The translations under genes were made by a program, and so were the position numbers. From assembly GCF_004010195.1 (NCBI RefSeq), contig NW_025215326.1, positions 64,908 to 84,907 on the forward strand: a DNA stretch of 20,000 bases, read 5' to 3'. The notes beneath the pieces were generated by a model. The model saw only the letters and a list, made by a program, of their open reading frames with translations, made no database searches and was not told the DNA's origin. This DNA is from Chiloscyllium plagiosum. Lineage: Eukaryota. Shown here one piece after another: positions 1 through 12,000 of this stretch. How positions within the stretch are numbered: the first letter of the stretch is position 1; each line of letters starts with the position of its first letter.

Positions 1-3000
1 CCCTGTCCATGGATCACCACATGGGGCACACCTGGAAGTGAATAGCAGCCCAGCACACACACAACACTGTCCATGGATCACCACTTGGATCACACCGGGA
101 AGTGAACAGTAAACCAGGACTGACGCACCCCTGTCCATAGATCACCACATGGGACACACCAGGAAGTGAACTTTAGCCCAGCACACACACCACTAACCAT
201 TGATCAGAACATGGGGCACACGGGGAAGTGAAAAACAGCCCAGCACACTCACACCACTGTCCATGGATCACCACATGGGGCACACCGGGAAGAGAACAAT
301 AACCCAACACACACACACACCCCTGTCCATGGATCACCACATGGGCACACTGGGAGCTGAACAATAACCCAACACACACACCCCTGTCCATGGACCACCA
401 CATGGGGCACACTAGGAAGTGAACATGAGCCCAACACACACACCTCTCTGTCAATGGATCACCACATGGGGCACACCGGGAAGTGAACAATAACCCAACA
501 CACACACCCCTGTCCATAGATCACCAAATGGGACACACCGGGAAGTGACCAATAGACTAGCACACACATACCTCCCTCTCCATGGATCACCACATGGGGC
601 ACACTGGGAAGTGAACAATAAACCAGCACAGACCCCTGTTCATGGATCACCACATGGGGCACACCGGAAAGTGAGCAGCAGTCCAGCATACACACACCAC
701 TGTCCATGGATCAGAGATGGGACACACCGGGAAGTGAGCCATAGCCCATCACACACACACCCCTGTCCATGGATCACCACATGGTGAACACCGGGAAGTG
801 GACACCAGCGCAGCAAACACACGTCCCTGTCCATGGATTACCAGTTGTGGCACACTGGGAAGTGAACAATAACCCAGCACACGCACCCCTGTCCATGGAT
901 CACCATATGGGGCACACCGGGAAGTGAACAGTAGCCCAGCACACACACACACCACTGTCCATGGATCACCACATGAGGATTACCGGGAAGTGAACAACAG
1001 ACCAGCAGACACACCCCCCTGTCCATGGATTACCACATGGGGCACACCGGGAAGTGAACAATAGCCCAGCACACACACTCCCCTGTCCATGGAGCACCAC
1101 ATAGGGCAAACCGGGAAGTGAGCAATAAACCGGTACACATACCATTGTCCAAGGATCACCACATGGGACACACCGGGAAGTGAACAGTCGCCCAGGACAG
1201 ACACACCTCTGTCCATGGATCACCACATGGGACACACCGGGAAGTGAACAATAGCCCAGCACACAAACCTCCCTGTCTATGGATCACCACATGGGGCACA
1301 CCGGGAAGTGAACAATAACTGAACGCACACACCCCTGTCCATGTATCACCACATGGGGCACACCGGGAAGTGAACAATACGCCAACACACATACACACCC
1401 CTGTCCATGGATCACCACATGGGGCACACCGGGAAGTGAGCAATAACCCAGCATACCGGGAGGTGAACTGTAGCCCAGGACAGACACACCCCTGTCCATG
1501 GCTCACCACATGGGACACACCGGGAAGTGAACAGTAGCCCAGACAGGCACACGACTGTCCATGGATCAACACATGGGACACACCAGGAAGTGAGCAAAAG
1601 CCCAGCACACACTGACCTCCCTGTCCATGGATCACCACATAGGGCAACCAGGAAGTGAACAATAGCTCAGCACACACACCTCCCTCTTCATGGATCACCA
1701 CATGGGGCACATCAGGAAGTGAACAATAGCCCTGCACACACACGTCCCTGTCCATGGATCACCACATGGGGCGCACCGGGAAGTGAACAGCAGTCCAGCA
1801 GACACACAGCCCTGTCCATAGTTCACCACTTGGGACACAACGAGAAGTGAACAATAATCCAGGACACACACCTCTCTGTTCATGGATCACCACATCGGGC
1901 ACACCGGGAAGTGAGCAGCAGCCCAGCACACACTCCCCTGTCCATGGATCACAACTTGGGGCTCAATGGGAAGTATACAGCCGCCAAATGCACACACCCC
2001 TGTCCATGGATCACCACATGGGAAACACTGGGAAGTGAACAATAGCCCAGCACACACACACTAATGTTCATGGATCACCACGTGGGTCAACCCGGAAAGG
2101 GAACAGCAGCCCAGTACACACACGCCCCTGTCCATAGATCACCACATGGGACACACCGGGAAGTGTACAATCGCCCAGCACACACACACCCCTCTCCATG
2201 TATCACCACATGGTGAACACCGAGAAGTGAACACAAGCACAGCACACACACCTCCCTGTCCATGGATCACCACTTGGGGCACACCGGGAAGTGAACAGCA
2301 GCTCAGCACACACACACCCCTGTCCATTGATCACCACATGGGACACACCGGGAAGTGAACAGCAGCCCAGCACACACACACCCCTGTCCATGGATCGCCA
2401 CATGGGGCAAACTGAGAAGTGAACAAAATCCCAGGACACACTCACCCCTGTCCATGGATCACCACATGGGGCACACCGGGAAGTGAACAAGTGCCCAACA
2501 CCCACACCACTGTCCATGGATCACCACATGGGGCACACCGGGAAGTGAACAATAACACAGAACACACACACCCCTGTCCATGGAACACCACATGGGGTAC
2601 TGTGAGAAGTGAACAAAACACCAGGACACACTCACCCCTGTCCATGGATCACCACATGGGGCACACCGGGAAGTGAACAAGAGCCCAATACACACACCAC
2701 TGTGCATGGATCACCACATGGGGCACACCGGGAAGTGAACAATAACACAGAACACACACACACCCCTGTCCATGGATCACCACATGGGGCACACCGGGAA
2801 GTGAACAATAGCCTATCACACACACACCTCCCAGTCCATGGATCACCACATGGGGCACACCCGGAAGTGAGCAAGAACCCAGTACACACACCCCTGTCCA
2901 TGGTTCACCACATGTGGCACACCGGGAAGTGAACAGTAGCCTAGGACAGACAAACCCCTTTCCATGGCTCACCACATGGGACACACCGGTAAGTGAGCAA

Positions 3001-6000
3001 TAGCCCAGCACACAAACACCTCCCTGTCCGTGGATCAAAGCATGGAGCACACCGGGAAGTGAGCAATAGCCCAGCACACGCACACCTCGCTGTCCATGGA
3101 TCACCACTTGTTGGCAACCAGGAAGTGAACATTTGCCCAACACACACATCTCCCTCTTCATGGATCACCATATGGGCCACACCACGAAGTGAACAACAGC
3201 CCAGCACATACACCTCCCTCATCATGGATCACCACGTGGGGAACACCGGAAAGTGAACACGAACTCAGCACACACACACCCCTGTCCTGGGATCACCACT
3301 TGGGGCACACCGGGAAGTGAACAAAAACCCAGAACACACAAACCCCTGTCCATGGTTCACCACATGGGGTACTCCGGGAAGTGAACAGCAGCCCAGCACA
3401 CACACACACCCCTGTCCATGGATCACCACATGGGGCACACCGTGAAGTGAACAAAATCTCAGGACACGCTCACCCCTGTCCATGGATAACCACATGGGGC
3501 ACACCGGGAAGTGATCAAGAGCCCAACACACACCTCCCTATCCATGGATCACCACATGGGGCACACTGGGAAGTGAACAATAACACAGAACACACACAAC
3601 CCTGTCCATGGATCTCCACATGGGGCACACTGGGAAGTTAATAATAGCCCAGCACACACACACCTCCTTGTCCATGGATCACCACATAGGGCACCCCAGG
3701 AAGTGAGCAATAGCCCAGCACACACACACAATCCTGTCTAAGGATCACCATATGGGCCACACCAGGAAGTGAACAATAGCCCAGCACGCACACGCCCCTG
3801 TCCATGGATCACCACATGTGGCATACAAGGAAGTGAACAATAGCCCAGCACACACACACCTCCCTGTCCATGGATCAACACATGGGGCACACCGGGAAGT
3901 GATCAAGAGCCCAACATATACCTCCCTGTCCATGGATCACCACATGGGGCACACCGGGAAGTGAACAATACCACAGAACACACACAACCCTGTCCATGGA
4001 TCTCCACATGGGGCACACTGGGAAGTGAATAATAGCCCAGCACACACACACCTCCCTGTCCATGGATCAACACATGGGGCACACCGGGAAGTGATCAAGA
4101 GCCCAACACACACCTCCCTATCCATGGATCACCACATGGGGCACACCGGGAAGTGANNNNNNNNNNNNNNNNNNNNNNNNNNNNNNNNNNNNNNNNNNNN
4201 NNNNNNNNNNNNNNNNNNNNNNNNNNNNNNNNNNNNNNNNNNNNNNNNNNNNNNCAGCACACACACACCCCTGTCCTGGGATCACCACTTGGGGCACACC
4301 GGGAAGTGAACAAAAACCCAGAACACACACCGCTGTCCATGGATCACCACATGGGGTACTCCGGAAAGTGAACAGCAGCCCAGCACACACACACACCCCT
4401 GTCCATGGATCACCACATGGGGCACACCGTGAAGTGAACAAAATCTCAGGACACACTCACCCCTGTCCATGGATCACCACATGGGGCACACCGGGAAGTG
4501 ATCAAGAGCCCAACACACACCTCCCTATCCATGGATCACCACATGGGGCACACCGGGAAGTGAACAATAACACAGAACACACACATCCCTGTCCATGGAT
4601 CTCCACATGGCGCACACTGGGAAGTGAGCAATAGCCCAGCACACACACACTCCTGTCCAAGGATCACCACAAGGGGCACACCGGGAAGTGAACAATAGCC
4701 CAGCACACACACACCTCCCTGTCCATGGATCAACACATGGGGCACACCGGGAAGTGATCAAGAGCCCAACACATACCTCCCTGTCCATGGATCACCACAT
4801 GGGGCACACCGGGAAGTGAACAATAACACAGAACACACACAACCCTGTCCATGGATCTCCACATGGCGCACACTGGGAAGTGAATAATAGCCCAGCACAC
4901 ACACACCTCCCTGTCCATGGATCACCACATAGGGCACCCCAGGAAGTGAGCAATAGCCCAGCACACACACACTCCTGTCCAAGGATCACCATATGGGCCA
5001 CACCAGGAAGTGAACAATAGCCCAGCACGCACACGCCCCTGTCCATGGATCACCACATGTGGCATACAAGGAAGTGAACAGTCGCCCAGGACAAACACAC
5101 CCCTGTCCATGGATCACCACATGGGACACACCGGGAAGTGAACAATAACCCAACACACACACACCCCTGTCCATGGATCACCACATGGGGCACACCGGGA
5201 AATGAGCAATAAACCAGTGCACACTCCCCTGTCCATGGATCACCACATGGGACACACCGGGAGGTGTACAGTAGCCCAGGACAGACACACCACTGTCCAT
5301 GGATCAACACATGGGACACACCAGGAAGTGAGCAAAAGCCCAGCACATACTCACCTCCCTGTCCATGGATCACCACATGGGGCAACCAGGAAGTGAACAA
5401 CAGCCCAGCACATACACCTCCCTCTTCATGGATCACCACGTGGGGAACACCAGGAAGTGAACACGAACACAGCACACACACACCCCTGTCCAGGGATCAC
5501 CACTTGGGGCACACCGGGAAGTGAACAAAAACCAAGCACACACACCGCTGTCCATGGATCACCACTTGGGGTACTCCGGGAAGTGAACAGCAGCCCAGCA
5601 CACACACACACCCCTGTCCATAGATCAGCATGTGGGACACACCGGGAAGTGAACAATAGCCCAGCACACACAAACTCCTGTCCATGGTTCACCACATGGG
5701 GCACACCGTAAAGTGAACAAAATCCCAGGACACACTCACCCCTGTCCATGGATCACCACATGGGGCACACCGGGAAGTGATCAAGAGCCCAACACACACC
5801 TCCCTGTCCATGGATCACCACATGGGGCACACCGGGATGTGAACAATAACACAGAACACACACACCCCTGTCCATGGATCTCCACATGGGGCACACTGGG
5901 AAGTGAACAATAGCCCAGCACACACACACCTCCCTGTCCATGGATCACCACATGGGGCAACCAGGAAGTGAACAACAGCCCAGCACATACACCTCCCTCT

Positions 6001-9000
6001 TCATGGATCACCACGTGGGGAACACCAGGAAGTGAACACGAACACAGCACACACACACCCCTGTCCAGGGATCACCACTTGGGGCACACCGGGAAGTGAA
6101 CAAAAACCAAGCACACACACCGCTGTCCATGGATCACCACTTGGGGTACTCCGGGAAGTGAACAGCAGCCCAGCACACACACACACCCCTGTCCATAGAT
6201 CAGCATGTGGGACACACCGGGAAGTGAACAATAGCCCAGCACACACACACCTCCCTGTCCATGGATCACCACATAGGGCACCAGCCCAGTATACACACGC
6301 CCCTGTCCATAGATCACCCCATGGGACACAGCGGGTAGTGAACAAAAGCCCAGCACACACACACCCCTGTACATGGATCACCACATGGGGCACACTGGGA
6401 AGTGAACAGCAGCCAAATACACACACCCCTGTCCATGGATCACCACATTGGAAACACAGGGAAGTGAACAATAGCCCAGCACACACACACTAATGTTCAT
6501 GGATCACCACGTGGGTCAACCCGGAAAGGGAACAGCAGCCCAGTATACACACGCCCCTGTCCATAGATCACCCCATGGGACACAGCGGGTAGTGAACAAA
6601 AGCCCAGCACACACACACCCCTGTACATGGATCACCACATGGGGCACACTGGGAAGTGAACACTAATCCAGCACACACACCTTCCTGTCCTTGGATCACC
6701 ACAGGGGGCACATCGGGAAGTGAACAATAGCCCAGCACACACACACTAATGTCTATGGACCACCGCATGGGGCAAACCGGAAAGGGAACAGCAGCCCAGT
6801 ATACACACGCCCCTGTCCATAGATCACCCCATGGGACACAGCGGGTAGTGAACAAAAGCCCAGCACACACACACCCCTGTACATGGATCACCACATGGGG
6901 CACACTGGGAAGTGAACAGCAGCCAAATACACACACCCCTGTCCATGGATCACCACATTGGAAACACCGGGAAGTGAACAATAGCCCAGCTCACACACCT
7001 CCCTGTCCATGGATCACCACATGAGGCACCCCAGGAAGTGAGCAATAGCCCAGCACACACACACAATCCTGTCCGTGGATCACCACATGGGGCACACTGG
7101 GAAGTGAACAGCAGCCAAATACACACACCCCTGTCCATGGATCACCACATTGGAAACACAGGGAAGTGAACAATAGCCCAGCACACACACACTAATGTCT
7201 ATGGACCACCGCATGGGGCAAACCGGAAAGGGAACAGCAGCCCAGTATACACACGCCCCTGTCCATAGATCACCCCATGGGACACAGCGGGTAGTGAACA
7301 AAAGCCCAGCACACACACACCCCTGTACATGGATCACCACATGGGGCACACTGGGAAGTGAACACTAATCCAGCACACACACCTTCCTGTCCTTGGATCA
7401 CCACAGGGGGCACATCGGGAAGTGAACAATAGCCCAGCACACACACACCTCCCTGTCCATGGATCACCACATGAGGCACCAGAGGAAGTGAGCAATAGCC
7501 CAGCACACACACAAAATCCTGTCCAAGGATCACCACGAGGGGCACACCTGGAAGTGAACAGCAGCCCAGCACACACACACCCCTGTCCATAGATCACCAC
7601 ATGGGACTCGCCGGGAAGTGAACAATAGACCAGCACACACCCCCCCCCGTCCATGGATCACCACATGGGGCACACCGGGAAGTGAACAATAGCCCAGCAC
7701 ACACACCTCCCTGTCCATGAATCACCACATGGAGCACACCTGGAAGTGAACAGCAGCCCAGCACACACACACCTCCCTGTCCATGGATCACCACATGAGG
7801 CACCACAGGAAGTGAGCAATAGCCCAGCACACACACACCCCTGTCCATGGATCAGCACATGGGGCACACCCTGTAGTGAACTGCAGCCCAGCAGACACAC
7901 ACCCCTGTCCATAGATCACCACATTGGACACACCGGGAAGTGAACAATAGCCCAGCACACACACACTCCTGTCCAGGGATCACCACAAGGGGCACACCGG
8001 GAAGTGAACAATAGCCCAGCACACACACACCTCCCTGTCCATGGATCACCACATGGGGCACCCCAGGAAGTGAGCAATAACCCAGCACACACACACAATC
8101 GTGTCCAAGGATCACCACAAGGTGCACACCTGGAAGTGAACAGCAGCCCAGCACACACACACCTCCCTGTCCATGGATCACCACATGGAGCACACCAGGA
8201 AGTGAGCAATAGCCCAGCACACACACACTCCTGTCCATGGATCAGCACATGGGGCACACCGTGTAGTGAACAGCAGCTCAGCAGACACACACCCCTGTCC
8301 ATAGATCACCACATTGGACACATCGGGAAGTGAACAATAGCCCAGCACACACACACCCCTGTCTATGGAACACCACATGGGGCACACTGGGAAGTGAACA
8401 GCAGCCAAACACACACACCCCTGTCCATGGATCACCACATGGGGAACACCGGGAAGTGAGCAATAGCCCAGCACACACACACTCCTGTCCATGGATTACC
8501 ACAAAGGGCATACCGGGAAGTAAACAATTGCCCAGCACACACACCTCCCTGTCCATGGATCACCACATGGAGCACACAGGGAAGTGAACAGAAGCCCAGC
8601 ACACACCTCCCTGTCCATGGATCACCACATGGGGAACACCGGGAAGTGAACAATAGCCCAGCACACACACCTTCCTGTCCATGGATCACCACATGGGGCA
8701 CACCAGGAAGTGAGCAATAGCCCAGCACACACACTCCCCTGTCCATGGATCTCCACATGAGGCACACCGGGAAGTGAACAATAGCTCAGAACACACACAC
8801 CTCCCTGTCCATGGATCACCACATGGAGCACACCAGGAAGTGAACAATAGCCCAGCATACACGCACCCCTGTCCATCGATCAGCACCTGTGACACACTGG
8901 GAAGTGAACAATAACCCAGCACACACACATCCCTGTCCATGGATCACCACATGGGGCACCCCGGGAAGTGAACAATAGCCCAGCACACACACACCTCCCT

Positions 9001-12000
9001 GTCCATGGATCACCACATGGAGCACACCGGGAAGTGAACCGCAGCCCGGAACACACCTCCCTGTCCATGGATCACCACATGGGGAACACCGGGAAGTGAA
9101 CAATAGCCCAGCACACACACCTCCCTGTATATGGATCACCACATGGGGCACACCGGGTAGTGAGCAAAAGCCCAGCACACACACACCCCTGTCCATGGAT
9201 CATCACGTGGGGAACACCGGGAAGTGAACACTAACCCAGCACACACACCTTTTTGTCCTTGGATCACCACTTGGGGCACACCGGGAAGTGAACAAAAACC
9301 CAGCACACGCACCGCTGTCGATCGATCACCACATGGGGCACACCGGAAAGTGAACAGCAGCCCAGCACACACCTCCCTGTCCATGGATCATCACATGGGA
9401 CTCACCGGGAAGTGAACAATAGCCCAGCACACACACACCCCTGTCCATGGATCACCACATGGGGCACACAGGGATGTGAACAATAGCCCAGCACACACAA
9501 CTCCCTGTCCATGGATCAACACATGGCGCACACCGTGAAGTGAACAGCAGCCCAGCAGACACACACCCCTGTCCATAGATCTCCACATTGGACACACCGG
9601 GAAGTGAACAATAGCCGAGCACACACACCCCCCGGTCCATGGATCACCCCACATGGGGCACACTGGGAAGTGAAGAGCAGCCAAACACATACATCCCTGT
9701 CCATGGATCACAACATGGGGCAGACCGGGAAGTGAACAATAACCCAGGAAACACACACCCCTGTCCATGGTTCACCACATGGAGCACTCCGCGTAGTGAA
9801 CAAGAGCTCAGCACACACCTCCCTGTCCATAGATCACCAGATAGGGCACACCGGGAAGTGAACAATAACCCAACACACACACATCCCTGTCCATGGTTCA
9901 ACACATGGGGCACACCGGGAAGTGAACAATAGCCCAGCACACACACACCTCCCTGTCCATGGATCACCACATGGGGCACACCGGGATGTGAACAATAGCC
10001 CAGCACACACACCTCCCTGTCCATGGATCAATACATGGGGCACACCGTGAAGTGAACAGCAGCCCAGCATACACACACCCCTGTCCATAGATCACCACAT
10101 TGGACACACCGGGAAGTGAACAATAGCCCAGCACACACACACCCCTGTCTATGGATCACCACATGGGGCACACTGGGAAGTGAAGAGCAGCCAAACACAC
10201 ACATCCCTGTCCATGGATCACCACATTGGACACACCGGGAAGTGAACAATAGCCCAGCACACACACAACCCTGTCCATAGATCACCAAATAGGGCACACC
10301 GGGAGGTGAACAATAACCCAGCACACACACACCCCTGTCCATGGATCACCACATGGGGCACACCGGGACGTGAACAATAGCCCAGCACACACACACCTCC
10401 CTGTCCATGGATCACCACATGGGGCACACCAGGAAGTGAGCAATAGCCCAGCACACACACACACCTGTCCATGGATTACCACAAGGGGCATACCGGGAAG
10501 TGAACAATAGCCCAGCACACACACCTCCCTGTCCATGGATCACCACATGGAGCACACCGAGAAGTGAACCGCAGCCCAGCACACACCTCCCTGTCCATGG
10601 ATCTCCACATGGGGAACACCGGGAAGTGAACAATAGCCCAGCACACCTCGCTGTCCATGGATCACCACATGGGGCACACCAGGAAGTGAGCAATAGCCCA
10701 GCACACACATTCCCCTGTCCATGGTTCTCCACAGGAGGCACACTTGGAAGTGAACAATAGCTCAGAACACACAAACCTCCCTGTCCATGGATCACCACAT
10801 GGAGCACACCGGGAAGTGAACAATAGCCCACCATACATGCACCCCTGTCCATCGATCAGCACATGGGACACACCGGGAAGTGAACAATAACCCAGCACAC
10901 ACACACCCCTGTCCATGGATCACCACATGGGGCACACCGGGAAGTGAGCAATAGCCCAGCACACACACACTCCTGTCCATGGATTACAACAAAGGGCATA
11001 CCGGGAAGTGAACAATAGCCCAGCACACACCTCCCTGTCCATGGATCACCACATGGAGCACACCGGGAAGTGAACCGCAGCCCAGCACACACACACCTCC
11101 CTGTCCATGGATCACCACATGGGGAACACCGGGAAGTGAACAATAGCCCAGCACACACACCTTCCTGTACATGGATCACCACATGGGGCACACCGGGTAG
11201 TGAACAAAAGCCCAGCACACACACACCCCTGTCCATGGATATCCACGTGGGGATCACCGGGAAGTGAACACTAACCCAGCACACACACCTTTTTGTCCTT
11301 GGATCACCACTTGGGGCACACCGGGAAGTGAACAAAAATCCAGCACACGCACCGCTGTCGATGGATCACCACATGGGGCACACCGGGAAGTGAACATGAG
11401 CCCAGCACACACACACACCCCTGTCCATAGATCAGAACATGGGACACACCGGGAAGTGAAAAATAGCGCAGCACACACACACCCCTGTCCATGGATCACC
11501 ACATGGGGCACACCGGGAAGTGAACAAAATCCCAGGACACACTCACCCCTGTCCATGGATCACCACATGGGGCACACCGGGAAGTGATCAAGAGCCCAAC
11601 ACACACCTCCCTGTCCATGGATCACCACATGGGGCACACCGGGATGTGAACAATAACACAGAACACACACACCCCTGTCCATGGATCACCACATGGGGCA
11701 CACTGGGAAGTGAACAATAGCCCAGCACACACACACCTCCCTGTCCATGGATCACCACAAGGGGCACATCGGGAAGTGATCAATAGCCCAGCACACACAC
11801 ACCTCCCTGTCCATGGATCACCACATGGGGCACCCCAGGAAGTGAGCAATAGCCCAGCACACACACACAATCCTGTCCAAGGATCACCACAAGGGGCACA
11901 CCTGGAAGTGAACAGCAGCCCAGCACACACACACCCCTGTCCATAGATCACCACATGGGACTCGCCGGAAAGTGAAGAATAGCCCAGCACACCCCCCCCC

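Noticed and set aside
971..984. ACATGAGGATTACC, and the unit core CATGGATCACCACATG, resemble the MS2 operator hairpin
   Set aside because: The 3' stem half is missing at 971, and the core lacks the 5' bulged A needed for coat binding. It is a chance resemblance in a naturally diverged array, not a synthetic MS2 cassette.
5495..5533. Perfect V(D)J RSS nonamer ACAAAAACC in some unit variants (e.g. 5525)
   Set aside because: There is no CACAGTG-like heptamer at 12- or 23-bp spacing (those positions read GGGGCAC and GATCACC) and no V/D/J segments.
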